Origin: an uncultured Candidatus Saccharibacteria bacterium
Lineage (GTDB): Bacteria > Patescibacteriota > Saccharimonadia > Saccharimonadales > Saccharimonadaceae
Direction of reading: 5' to 3'
NCBI GenBank assembly: GCA_964346445.1
Contig: CAYFUI010000003.1
Span: 1 to 45,029 of the forward strand
DNA length: 45,029 bases
This document shows positions 30,748-40,138 of the stretch, one piece after another. Position 1 is the first letter of the stretch. The number at the start of each line of letters is the position of its first letter. The position numbers were made by a program, and so were the translations under genes. Below the pieces are notes generated by a model. The model was not told where the DNA came from, made no database searches, and was given only the letters and a program-made list of their open reading frames with translations.

Positions 30748-32199
30748 TTAACTTAAGTAGTACCAGTAAGAGTTTTTAGTTAAATCGCGTAGGCCAACAT
30801 TAAGCTTGGATAGTTCCTGTCGTATTTGGTCAGACCGTTCATAATCCTTCCTTTCTCTTGCGGCGCGTCGCTCTAAAATGAGTTGTTTTATGTGATCACT
30901 AACATCGGGAGTGCTATTAATAAGGTCTAAGCCTAGTAATTCGTCTATCGTTAATAAGAAGTTTTTAAAGCTTAACTGGTCCAATGGTTTATTGGAATTG
31001 GCTATTTTACTAAAAACACCATCTATAAAAGATAAAGCCCCGGGTGTGTTAAGGTTGTTATTTAAAATTTCTAATAGTAACTTAGGCTCGGGCAAGAATG
31101 TTAATTCTTCTTCAGCAGTATTGATCGTTTTATAAATTTGGTGTCTTAGGCTGGCTATCTCCCGCCAATGGTTCAAACGGTTTTTAGCACCAGTTAGCGC
31201 CTTAAAGGTAAAATTTGCTTGGCTTTGGTAATGGCTTTGCAGTACTAGCATTTTGAAGTCTTGCGCAGAGTAGTTGTTTTGGTATAAATCAGCTAGCGTC
31301 AGGCTATTATTTAAAGACTTACTTATTTTTATTCCATCTACCACCATATGGTTGTTGTGAAGCCAGTAGTTAGCTAATGGTTGTTCGTTAGCGGCTAAGC
31401 TTTGGGCTATTTCGTTGGTGTGGTGGACTGGGATGTGGTCAATCCCTCCGGTATGTATATCGATGGTATTTGCCAGCTCTTCCTTTATAATAGCTGAACA
31501 TTCAAGGTGCCATCCAGGGAAGCCCATTGGTGCAGAAGTACCAGGAAGTGTTTCCGTTAAAAAGCTAGGTGGGGTTTTCCATTCCATGTCACGTTGTTGA
31601 TTGTTTGGTGAAAACTTCCAAATAGCAAAATCGCTTTGGTTGATCTTCTCTGGATTAATACTAGGGCGCGTGCCACTTTTTTGCGCCTTTAGGTTTAATC
31701 TAGCAAATTTACTATAAGCGGGAAATTTGCTTGTATCAAAGTAAAGGCCATCGGAAGTCTGGTAGATATAGCCTTTGTCTTTCAATTTTTGCGCCATGGC
31801 AATTTGTTGGTCGATATAGTTAGTAGCTTTAGCTAATTTTGCTGGAGGTAAGAGGTTAAGTTGTTTGCGCCCTTCTAGGAAGTTCGTTGTATACTTATTA
31901 GCTACCTCCCAAGCATTTAGCCCTTCTCTTTTTGCACCAACCTCTAGTTTGTCTTCGCCTGTATCTTCGTCACTGACTAGGTGTCCAACATCGGTAATAT
32001 TTATCACTTGCTTAGGCGTGTAGCCATTAGCTAGTAAAACACGCACTAGTACATCCCAGTAAACGTAGGCGCTCCAGTTGCCAATATGTAGGTCATTATA
32101 AACAGTAGGCCCACATGAATAAATTAACACCTCTTGCGTAGAGATAGGCTGAAAATCCTCTATAGCTTGTGTTTCAGTATTAAACAACCGTAGCGTCAT
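30748..32199 (-). CDS. cysS: cysteine--tRNA ligase
   Basis: Class I motifs HIGN and KISKS. Zn-ligand context SCGPTVY, HLECS, HTGGIDHIPVHH. Start set at MTLRLFNT; the tracked ORF begins 9 nt further upstream. Confidence 0.9.
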   Translation of the reverse strand: MTLRLFNTETQAIEDFQPISTQEVLIYSCGPTVYNDLHIGNWSAYVYWDVLVRVLLANGYTPKQVINITDVGHLVSDEDTGEDKLEVGAKREGLNAWEVANKYTTNFLEGRKQLNLLPPAKLAKATNYIDQQIAMAQKLKDKGYIYQTSDGLYFDTSKFPAYSKFARLNLKAQKSGTRPSINPEKINQSDFAIWKFSPNNQQRDMEWKTPPSFLTETLPGTSAPMGFPGWHLECSAIIKEELANTIDIHTGGIDHIPVHHTNEIAQSLAANEQPLANYWLHNNHMVVDGIKISKSLNNSLTLADLYQNNYSAQDFKMLVLQSHYQSQANFTFKALTGAKNRLNHWREIASLRHQIYKTINTAEEELTFLPEPKLLLEILNNNLNTPGALSFIDGVFSKIANSNKPLDQLSFKNFLLTIDELLGLDLINSTPDVSDHIKQLILERRAARERKDYERSDQIRQELSKLNVGLRDLTKNSYWYYLS

Positions 32200-33172
32200 A
32201 AGCTTCAAGCGCCTTTCTAGTTGCCGTTAAAATTTCTGTAAAAGTAGTATCATAATCTTGGTATATTCTAAAGCCAGCGGCATATTTGTGACCACCTCCG
32301 CCAAAAAAGCCAGCTATATCATCAGCTATTGGTAAGTTTGTCCTTATCTTTCCTGTTAGTTTACCGTCAGGGTAAGTTTTAATTGCTAGAGCTACCTGTA
32401 CGTCTTGAACTAAGCGCATTTCATCTAACACTAGGACACTAGGATTGTACTGGTCACTATATTTTTGAATCTCCTCCCACGGGATATGAATTAGTGCCAG
32501 TTGGTTGTCTAGGTCGTATTCAATCCGTTCAATTAATTCGCCTTTATATTTCAAAATTTCTGCCGATTTTTTCATAAATTCACGGCGCCTTCCTTCAATT
32601 GTGGCAATTGAGGCACCCAGTTTAGCTAGCTGAGCAGCCACCAATAAGGTGTCCGCATCGGCACTTTCAGTAGTTAGGCCTAGTGTGTCACTAAGAAGTG
32701 CCACCATCAGGCTTTCTGCGGCATAAGTATTAATGGGCCATTTGTTAGCCGTGGCTAAGTTATAAATAACCTGGCTAGTTGCAGCTAGCGGTTGGCAAAG
32801 TAAATGGTAGGTGAAGTCTAAGTCGGCTGTCGTGTCATGGTGGTCAAGCACGATGACTGGATGGGTTTCCAGGTAGTGCCGCGCACCGGGAACTTCATAA
32901 ACCTTAGACAAAAGTATATTAGCCTGAGTATCTACAATAATTGCTAGGTCAGAACCGCTATCAAAGCTAGCCGTTATGCGATCCCAGCCTTTTATGTAAC
33001 GTAGGTATTTTGGCACTTCAACCGGGCAATATAACGACACCTCCTTACCCATCTCCCCCAAGATTTCTTCTAGGGCGATGGCGCTACCGATAGAATCTCC
33101 GTCTGGGTTTTCGGCTTGAATAACCATGATGCGTTTAGCATTTTCCACCTCTTTATTAATAACGGTATTCAT
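32180..33172 (-). CDS. DHH/DHHA1 phosphoesterase (NrnA-like oligoribonuclease / pAp phosphatase)
   Basis: Motifs DGDSIGS, VLDHHD and GGGGHKYAAG. Confidence 0.8.
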   Translation of the reverse strand: MNTVINKEVENAKRIMVIQAENPDGDSIGSAIALEEILGEMGKEVSLYCPVEVPKYLRYIKGWDRITASFDSGSDLAIIVDTQANILLSKVYEVPGARHYLETHPVIVLDHHDTTADLDFTYHLLCQPLAATSQVIYNLATANKWPINTYAAESLMVALLSDTLGLTTESADADTLLVAAQLAKLGASIATIEGRRREFMKKSAEILKYKGELIERIEYDLDNQLALIHIPWEEIQKYSDQYNPSVLVLDEMRLVQDVQVALAIKTYPDGKLTGKIRTNLPIADDIAGFFGGGGHKYAAGFRIYQDYDTTFTEILTATRKALEAYDATVV

Positions 33173-33175
33173 ATG

Positions 33176-33799
33176 TTAATTATAACCAATCTCGTTACGG
33201 CCTTCCAGTGCGTGGGCTAAGGTAATTTGGTCGGCATACTCCAAGTCTACGCCTAGAGGAATGCCTCTTGCTAGCCGTGTCATTTTAAGTTTTATTCCTT
33301 CGTCTTTAAGGTATTTTTGCAAAAATAATGAAGTTGACTCCCCTTCAACACTAGCATTGGTCGCAATGATTATTTCTTCAACCTTGTCCTCTTTGATGCG
33401 CTTAATAAGTTGAGGTATGTTTAGTTCATCCGGGCCGATCCCATCAATTGGACTAATAGCTCCTCCTAAGACATGGTAGGTGCCGCGGTATTTACCAGTC
33501 TTTTCGATGGAAACTATGTCTAGCGGCTCTTCGACTACGGCTATTGTAGTCTTATCCCGTTCAGGGCCGCTATAAAGTGGGGATACATCCTGGTCGGCGT
33601 CTATGAGGGCAAAAGTAACTGGGCAGTTTTTTACACCCGCATGGAGGCTGTTTAAAGAGCTGGCAATTCTAGTACTAGTTTGCGGATTAGTGCGCAACAA
33701 AGAATAGGCGTAGCGCTCTGCTGTTCGTGCACCTACTCCTGGTAATTTACCCAGTTCATTAATAACCTTGACCAAGGCCGTTGGTAATACTTCACCCAC
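33176..33799 (-). CDS. recR: recombination protein RecR (zinc-finger cysteines missing)
   Basis: HhH motif LPGVGARTAERYAY, Toprim blocks YHVLGG and IIATNASVEGEST, C-terminal RLARGIPLG. GTG start. Confidence 0.9.
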   Translation of the reverse strand: MGEVLPTALVKVINELGKLPGVGARTAERYAYSLLRTNPQTSTRIASSLNSLHAGVKNCPVTFALIDADQDVSPLYSGPERDKTTIAVVEEPLDIVSIEKTGKYRGTYHVLGGAISPIDGIGPDELNIPQLIKRIKEDKVEEIIIATNASVEGESTSLFLQKYLKDEGIKLKMTRLARGIPLGVDLEYADQITLAHALEGRNEIGYN

Positions 33800-33828
33800 A
33801 ATAATAATTATTTAGCTGTATAGTAAAT

Positions 33829-34119
33829 TTATAAACCTAGTTCACCTAATCCGCCCATTAAAGGCTTCATTTTCTCTGCTGCCACTTCTTGTGCTTTAGC
33901 TAAACCGTCGCGCACAGCAATTTTAATCCAATTCTCGAGCTCTGGAATGTCATCAAAGTCTATTAGCTCTTCATCCAGTTTTACGCTTTTAATCTTCATT
34001 TCACCAGTTATTTGCACAATTACAGCGCCGTCCCCAGCCGACACCTCTATAATCTCTTTCTTAAGATCATTTTGTGCTTTACGCAATTCGTTTAATGTTT
34101 TCATTTGGTCAAATGCCAT
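33829..34119 (-). CDS. ybaB: YbaB/EbfC family nucleoid-associated protein
   Basis: 96 aa. Pattern typical of the family (KIKSVKLDEELID, AVRDGLAKAQE). Located directly upstream of recR. Confidence 0.85.
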   Translation of the reverse strand: MAFDQMKTLNELRKAQNDLKKEIIEVSAGDGAVIVQITGEMKIKSVKLDEELIDFDDIPELENWIKIAVRDGLAKAQEVAAEKMKPLMGGLGELGL

Positions 34120-34159
34120 TTTACCTACTCCCTCTTTTTAACTAACTGTTTTAATTATA

Positions 34160-35614
34160 TCATTTATCTGTAGCTTTGGTGAAGATATAGTAGCGGTCTG
34201 CCTGACGATAGTTACTATTATTAATAATAGTTTTTAGCGTATAGCCACTTGGTGCTTTAGGACGACCTTGCCTGGTTGCGGTAAAAGTTGTGGCAGTAGC
34301 GGGTACTTCAGTGACGACCACTAGACCTGGTCTATGTTTTGCCAAAACCTCATAGAAACTTTTTTCTTCAGGGGAAACTAGTAATATGCTACTATCTTTA
34401 GGCAATAGGCTGATGTCTTTAGAAAAGTAGCTCGTAATACTTGGATTATAGCTATATCCATAAATATAGTTCTCTAAACCAGCGGCCACAACCGTACTTA
34501 TTAAAATGATGATGGGAATTAAACCGATTACTCTTGCATACGGATTGTAGGGGAACAATCTGTACCAATAACTTAGCATGGAGTCTAGGCCCATAGTTAG
34601 AAGGAGTACTAGTGGAATAAACATAACATTGGTATTTTGTGGATAGATTAAAATGGGTATAATTAGAAGTAATACCCACGCTCCGATAATATAACTACGA
34701 GTGGTGGCACGTGTTTTTATTAATCTAGCCACTCCTATGGCTATGAGTGTAATGGCCGTGATATTAAAAGTAATATAAGCTGGCGAGATGTCGGTTGCGT
34801 TAATGAAGTTGAAGTAATGGTGAAAAAGAAACACAATGTTATTTGTGATGCTTGGCGCACTTGGAGGCGCCCCAAGAAGAGTTAGTAAAAGTGATGGGTG
34901 GAAAATGATAGCCACTAAGAGAGGCAGCAGCAAGCTGCCAAAGACAATTAATGAGATGGTCACATTCTTCTTGTTGGCCGTTTTTAGTAAGTGCCTTAAG
35001 TGTGGGTGCGAAACGATAGCTAAGGCTAGGGCTAATAAAATGTAAATACTAAGTGGTGAGTATAGGCTCAGTGCAATCATTCCTAAGAGAAGAACCTTGT
35101 AACGTAGACGTAATTTAATTTCTTTAGTGCGCGCTACAAGCCCACTAAGCGCCAGTATCCAAACAGACCAGAACAAATACATAATATCGGGTGTACCTGA
35201 ACTAGCAATCAGTAAAAATTGCCCAGTGGTAATTATAATAATAGTTGAAAGAACAGCTAGGCTCGGCTTAAACCAGGTTCTGAGTAGAATAATCATACCA
35301 AACACAGTTCCTAAGGCGGCGAAGAGTGCTGGGAGTTTGATAGAAAACGTTGACAGACCGAACAAGGAAAAGGATAGCCGTTGGAGAAGGTGAAATGGTA
35401 GATTGGCTATAGCGAAACTACTAGGATTGGAAAAACTAATGGAGTCACTAATGATGGCTGAGTCAATTTCCCTCTTTGAAAGACCACCAGGAAGGTTTAA
35501 GCTAACAAATAACAAAATTAAACTTAAAATAACCGCCATAGCGCCATATCCAATGGTGTAGCGGTGTTCGTAAAAAAAGGATTTATCTAGTGTTCGTCTT
35601 TTTTTCCTTACCAT
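34160..35614 (-). CDS. polytopic membrane protein, possibly a GT-C fold (ArnT/PMT-like) glycosyltransferase
   Basis: About 11-12 TM helices followed by a soluble C-terminal domain of about 90 aa. Only the architecture supports the call; no firm motif was found. Confidence 0.4.
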   Translation of the reverse strand: MVRKKRRTLDKSFFYEHRYTIGYGAMAVILSLILLFVSLNLPGGLSKREIDSAIISDSISFSNPSSFAIANLPFHLLQRLSFSLFGLSTFSIKLPALFAALGTVFGMIILLRTWFKPSLAVLSTIIIITTGQFLLIASSGTPDIMYLFWSVWILALSGLVARTKEIKLRLRYKVLLLGMIALSLYSPLSIYILLALALAIVSHPHLRHLLKTANKKNVTISLIVFGSLLLPLLVAIIFHPSLLLTLLGAPPSAPSITNNIVFLFHHYFNFINATDISPAYITFNITAITLIAIGVARLIKTRATTRSYIIGAWVLLLIIPILIYPQNTNVMFIPLVLLLTMGLDSMLSYWYRLFPYNPYARVIGLIPIIILISTVVAAGLENYIYGYSYNPSITSYFSKDISLLPKDSSILLVSPEEKSFYEVLAKHRPGLVVVTEVPATATTFTATRQGRPKAPSGYTLKTIINNSNYRQADRYYIFTKATDK

Positions 35615-35619
35615 AGTTA

Positions 35620-36969
35620 TTACTCTCTTGATTTATCCAGGTTTTGAAACCTTAATTGCTTTGGATCAAAGTACAGGTCTATCCTGCCAGTTGGACCATT
35701 ACGATGTTTGGCAAGGTGTAGTTCGGTAATGTTGCCCTTTTCACTTTCTGGGTTGTAATAGGCTTCACGATAAATAAACATAACTATATCAGCATCTTGT
35801 TCAATGGAGCCAGATTCCCTGAGGTCTGCCAGCTGGGGGATTTGTGGGTGCCGCGATTCCACCGACCGTGAAAGCTGGCTGAGGGCAATAACTGGTACGT
35901 TTAATTCCCGAGCAATTAGTTTTAGGCCCCTAGATATCTCACTGACCTCTTGTACGCGGTTGCCGTCGCTCTTGCCGCTACCCTGCATTAATTGTAAATA
36001 ATCTATAACTATTAGGCCAAGTGGTTGGTCATGAGCGGCCCGTCTGGCTTTGGTGCGCATCTCTAGCACAGTCATGCCTGGGGTGTCATCTATATAGATA
36101 GGCGCTTCTGCCATCTCTCCCATGGCGTCGGAAAGTTTTTCAAAATCTTCGCCGGACAGATTTCCTGTCCTTATATTCCAAGCATCTATGCCCGAGGCTT
36201 CGGCTAGCATGCGATCTACTAATTGCTCTTTACTCATCTCTAAGCTAAAAAAGAGTACTGGGCTTTTAGATAAAGTTGCGACATTATAAGCTAAATTAGT
36301 TACAAGCGTGGTTTTACCCATAGCTGGCCGGGCGGCCAGAATGAGTAGGTCACTTTTTTGTAAACCAGCAGTCATGTTATCTAGGTCGGTAAAGCCGGTT
36401 CTGACACCACGCAATTGCCCCTTGTTTCTTGAGAGCTCTTCCATGCGGTCAAAGCTATCTTCTAATATGCTTTCAATGCTTGAAAGGTCTTGTTTAAGTG
36501 ATTGGTCGCTGACCGAAAAAAGTTCGGCTTCGGCTTGCCCTAGAAGCTCGTCAGTGTCAGTCTCTTCATTGTAGGCGGCTTCAGCTATTTCACCACCGGC
36601 CTTAATTAAACGGCGCCTAACGGCCTTTTGCGCCACCATCTCGGCGTACGCGCCAGCATTAGCAGCGGTTGGCACATAATTAGTTAACTCTGTTAAATAG
36701 GCAGACCCGCCTATGGCGGTAAGTTGGTCGCTTTTCTTAAGTTCGTCGGTAAGGGTTAGGAGGTCTACTGGCCGGTTCTTTTCAAATAGGTTCATGATGG
36801 CACTGTAAATAATGGTATGTTTTGGCTCATAAAAATCTGGTGCTTTTATGTGTTCGGTGATGTCTGGAAGCACCTCTTCACTAATTAAAACGGCGCCAAG
36901 AAGACTTTTTTCGGCATCCAAACTTTGTGGTGGCACTTTGGCAGTACTAGATGGTTTTTGCTTGGGCAT
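35620..36969 (-). CDS. dnaB: replicative DNA helicase DnaB
   Basis: N-terminal PQSLDAEKSLLGAVL, Walker A ARPAMGKT, and RecA-like C-terminal blocks (IDYLQLM, ALSQLSR). Confidence 0.93.
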   Translation of the reverse strand: MPKQKPSSTAKVPPQSLDAEKSLLGAVLISEEVLPDITEHIKAPDFYEPKHTIIYSAIMNLFEKNRPVDLLTLTDELKKSDQLTAIGGSAYLTELTNYVPTAANAGAYAEMVAQKAVRRRLIKAGGEIAEAAYNEETDTDELLGQAEAELFSVSDQSLKQDLSSIESILEDSFDRMEELSRNKGQLRGVRTGFTDLDNMTAGLQKSDLLILAARPAMGKTTLVTNLAYNVATLSKSPVLFFSLEMSKEQLVDRMLAEASGIDAWNIRTGNLSGEDFEKLSDAMGEMAEAPIYIDDTPGMTVLEMRTKARRAAHDQPLGLIVIDYLQLMQGSGKSDGNRVQEVSEISRGLKLIARELNVPVIALSQLSRSVESRHPQIPQLADLRESGSIEQDADIVMFIYREAYYNPESEKGNITELHLAKHRNGPTGRIDLYFDPKQLRFQNLDKSRE

Positions 36970-36970
36970 T

Positions 36971-38350
36971 TTAAATATCCGCCTTTACTACTTCGCCGCC
37001 GCCCATAACCTCGGTAATATTAGTGACAGCTGCCTGTAGATTAGGAGCGGCTGTAGGGATTGTTTCTATGTTAATATCGGGATAGCCGATAAGGCTAAGA
37101 GCTTCATGAAGTTTAGGAAGATATCTAGGGTCGTCTAGTTTTTTCTTGTTAAAATTATTAATTGTATAAATGATCAATTTATTATCCTTCTCTTGAAAAT
37201 TATGATGACACTTCACTACAAGGCTGCCAAGTGCCATGTGTAAGTTTTTGGTGGCTTTTATAAGCTCTTGCCAGTTAAACGGCGCGCTTATACTTGGGGG
37301 TGTAGTGGCTTTGAGTGGTTTGCTTTGCACCTCCTTAGCCTGTTTGTTAATTTGTTGTTTATTTTTAGCGGGTGTGGCTTTAGGGTTAGTGGGCGCTTGA
37401 AGGTTGTTGGTGGCCGCCTGTTCGCCTAATGCTACCATAATTTTTATATCGATATAGTCGCCACGTGGATTAATTTCACTAAGCTTAGCTAAAAGTGGAA
37501 TTAAGAAAGGCTGATTGGCTGAATTTTCAATAATGTAATTTAACAATTGGTCTAACAAGGTGCCTCCGCTAACACCCTGGTTAGTGATAGTTTCTAGTTG
37601 TTGTTTAATTTGTTCAAAATTTTGTGCTTTTGCAGCCTGCAGCAGGTCTTCAAGCTCTTGTTGGGGTGCCAGTCCTAGCGTATCTATTATCAGTTCTTGA
37701 TTAATTTCTTTAGAACCACCTAGTGCAACTATTTGGTCTAGTAGGCTTAAAGCGTCACGCATGCTACCCCGTGCTTGTTGGGCGATTAAAGAAAGTGCTT
37801 GTTTATTAATTTTAAGACCTTCGGTTTGAGCCACCTTACTTAAATGCTCACTAATGGCGCCAGTTGGTATTAATTTAAAAGCAAAGTGCTGAGTGCGGCT
37901 AATAATGGTGTCAGGTAGTTTGTCCGGGTTGGTAGTAGCTAGAATGAAAACAACATGTGCTGGCGGCTCTTCGAGGGTTTTAAGTAGTGCATTAAAAGCA
38001 GAATTTGATAACATGTGAACTTCATCGATGATGTAAACCTTCTTGGCGGAAGCAACCGGTGCAATTTGCACTTTCTCGCGAAGATCGCGCACATCTTCGA
38101 CGCTGTTATTGCTGGCTGCGTCTATTTCTATAATATCTAACGGCGAAGCGGCTTGCTCCTGGCCAGTAATTTCGGCTGCCAATATACGGGCAATAGATGT
38201 CTTGCCTACACCACGTGGCCCTGTAAAAAGGTAAGCATGGGATACTAATTTTTTTTGCAAAGCCCTTTGCAGCACTGAAGTAATATGAGGTTGGCCGATG
38301 ACCTCCTCTAATTTCTTACTACGATGTTTTCTATATAATGCTTGAGCCAT
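36971..38350 (-). CDS. dnaX: DNA polymerase III subunit gamma/tau
   Basis: Walker A GPRGVGKT, DEVHML, and sensor block ATTNPDKLPDTIISR. Start set at MAQALYRK. Confidence 0.9.
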   Translation of the reverse strand: MAQALYRKHRSKKLEEVIGQPHITSVLQRALQKKLVSHAYLFTGPRGVGKTSIARILAAEITGQEQAASPLDIIEIDAASNNSVEDVRDLREKVQIAPVASAKKVYIIDEVHMLSNSAFNALLKTLEEPPAHVVFILATTNPDKLPDTIISRTQHFAFKLIPTGAISEHLSKVAQTEGLKINKQALSLIAQQARGSMRDALSLLDQIVALGGSKEINQELIIDTLGLAPQQELEDLLQAAKAQNFEQIKQQLETITNQGVSGGTLLDQLLNYIIENSANQPFLIPLLAKLSEINPRGDYIDIKIMVALGEQAATNNLQAPTNPKATPAKNKQQINKQAKEVQSKPLKATTPPSISAPFNWQELIKATKNLHMALGSLVVKCHHNFQEKDNKLIIYTINNFNKKKLDDPRYLPKLHEALSLIGYPDINIETIPTAAPNLQAAVTNITEVMGGGEVVKADI

Positions 38351-38399
38351 AAATATCAATGCCTATCAGTCTTATTTTACGCTAAATAATGCTAATAAG

Positions 38400-38918
38400 C
38401 TAGAGAGCCGCTTCAACCGCTGCCCATGTGGCATCTGGGTTGTTGCTTGGAATAATAATAGTAACTTGTGAGCCTTCAACTAATTTAAAGTATGTGACGC
38501 TGGCAAGTAGAATCCTATACTCTTTGCCCCCTGCCTCAACGTAATAGGTGCCATCGTGCTCTGTTAGTGTACCAATGACCTGACGCCGCTCAACTTGGTT
38601 AATCTGTTTATAAATAAAGCGTCCATCTTCGGCAATAGTTAGTTTGAGGATATCACCTTCTACTAATTTGGACTTGCTGGCATAGTTCACAGGCACCGGA
38701 TATTCTTTTCCGTCTGCATCAACAAACTTTTGTCCATCAAAAACACCTTCTATGACCTTACCGGTTGGCACTTCAGTTGGGCTAGTCCGGACTGGGCCTA
38801 TTTGGAGGTCTTCACCGCCTAAGCTAAGTATAAGTTCTTTAGCAGCGGCTAAATTAACTTCCGCCTCTTGCAATAGGCTATGAAGCCTTTTTACTTGTTT
38901 TTCTGGTAACTCAGACAT
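38400..38918 (-). CDS. hypothetical protein with an internal tandem duplication (172 aa)
   Basis: A promoter (TTGACA, 17 nt, TATATA at 38994-38966) lies inside the 5' part of the tracked ORF, so ATG 38918 (MSELPEK) is preferred. Two repeats of about 55 aa share VI.G..DG....A.GKEY and KLVEG. Confidence 0.55.
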   Translation of the reverse strand: MSELPEKQVKRLHSLLQEAEVNLAAAKELILSLGGEDLQIGPVRTSPTEVPTGKVIEGVFDGQKFVDADGKEYPVPVNYASKSKLVEGDILKLTIAEDGRFIYKQINQVERRQVIGTLTEHDGTYYVEAGGKEYRILLASVTYFKLVEGSQVTIIIPSNNPDATWAAVEAAL

Positions 38919-39059
38919 TTCTACCCCGCATTCTTTATGTCTATTTTTGAATAATACTATTCTTATATATACCAATTGTTATTCATATTGTCAAATTAGT
39001 TTTTTATCCACAAAGAAAACAGATGTATATATAAATGTGTTGTATATATTACCAAGACA

Positions 39060-39096
39060 AATTAACAAAAATATCCGCCACCTAGGTGACGGATAT
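39060..39096 (-). terminator. intrinsic terminator downstream of rplL
   Basis: On the minus-strand RNA, AUAUCCGUCAC-CUAG-GUGGCGGAUAU forms an 11-bp stem with one G.U pair, followed by UUUUUGUUAAUUU. On the plus strand the same position would be a C.A mismatch. Confidence 0.7.
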
Positions 39097-39130
39097 TTTG
39101 TAGTAAAACAATTTACCAATGTTGCTTGAA

Positions 39131-39532
39131 TTAAACTAATTCTACGCTTGCACCAGCCTCTTCTAGAGTTTTCTTAGCGGTTTCGGCTTCTTCTTTAGAA
39201 ACCTTTTCTTTAATAGCGCTTGGTGCATTGTCTACAAGGGCTTTAGCCTCTCCTAGTCCTAAGCCAGTAATTTCTTTAACTGCCTTGATGACAGCTACTT
39301 TTTGATTTCCAGCGTCCGTCATGTTTACAGTGTATTCTGATTTCTCCTCTTCAGCAGCTGCTCCACCTTCTGCTGGTGCGGCAGCGACTGCCACTGCTGG
39401 TGCGGCTGCGCTTACGCCCCACTCTTCTTCTAAATGTTTAACAACTTGGCTTAACTCTAAAGCTGTAAGCTTATTAAGTTCATCAACAATTTTTTGTTGA
39501 GCAGCTGTTAGTTTTACTTCTTTTTCAGCCAT
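39131..39532 (-). CDS. rplL: 50S ribosomal protein L7/L12
   Basis: Ala-rich hinge and C-terminal domain [29 protein letters not shown] upstream. Confidence 0.96.
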   Translation of the reverse strand: MAEKEVKLTAAQQKIVDELNKLTALELSQVVKHLEEEWGVSAAAPAVAVAAAPAEGGAAAEEEKSEYTVNMTDAGNQKVAVIKAVKEITGLGLGEAKALVDNAPSAIKEKVSKEEAETAKKTLEEAGASVELV

Positions 39533-39610
39533 AATACTTCTCCTTATAAAATTTATATAATTATATTTTAGTTACAAAATAACAACAGTTACTTACTGTA
39601 TATGGTCCTG

Positions 39611-40138
39611 CTATAAAGATTCGGCACGTTGTGAAAGCACCTGCGCAAACCCGCGCTGAGCACCATTAGCCACTCCCAAGAATTGACTAAGTGGAGCAGC
39701 GATAACGCTAACCATTTGTCCGCGTAATTGCTCTTTAGTAGGTAAGCTAGCCAGTGCGTTGACTTCTTCGGTGTTAAACATAGCACCAGTTGCATCAAAA
39801 CCAGTTACTAGTTTTACCGAAGGGTGTTCTTTAGCAAATTTTGCTAATATTTGGGCTGGCGCTACTTCATCCTCTTCAGAAAAGGCGTAAATTAATTGCC
39901 CTTTTAGTAATGAAAAGTCAGCATCTTTTAGTTTTTCATGGTTGCCTAAGGCAACTTTCACTAAGCGGTTTTTAACAACTTTTATTGTAATGTTTTGTTC
40001 ACGGGCCATCTTCCTAAGAATTTGTAGCTCGGGGACTGTTACCCCAGGGTAAGAGGCAGCCGCGGTGGCCTTAGCACTGTTAAGTAATTGTGTTAATTCT
40101 GCAACCAACTGTTCTTTTTTATCGCGTGATATTGCCAT
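39611..40138 (-). CDS. rplJ: 50S ribosomal protein L10
   Basis: 175 aa, located directly upstream of rplL. L10-like N-terminus (KKEQLVAELTQLL). SD AAGGAG upstream. Confidence 0.9.
   Translation of the reverse strand: MAISRDKKEQLVAELTQLLNSAKATAAASYPGVTVPELQILRKMAREQNITIKVVKNRLVKVALGNHEKLKDADFSLLKGQLIYAFSEEDEVAPAQILAKFAKEHPSVKLVTGFDATGAMFNTEEVNALASLPTKEQLRGQMVSVIAAPLSQFLGVANGAQRGFAQVLSQRAESL

Noticed and set aside
38249-38256. A-run (CAA AAA AAA on the coding strand) in dnaX as a possible programmed -1 frameshift site like the E. coli gamma/tau signal
   Set aside because: It lies at about codon 35, upstream of the ATPase core, so a frameshift there would give a useless peptide. No downstream stimulatory hairpin is present. 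A second A-run near 37135-37145 is out of frame for X XXY YYZ slippage.
39589-39798. 69-aa ORF overlapping the 3' part of rplJ in another frame
   Set aside because: It is embedded in the conserved L10 gene on the same strand and has no signals of its own.
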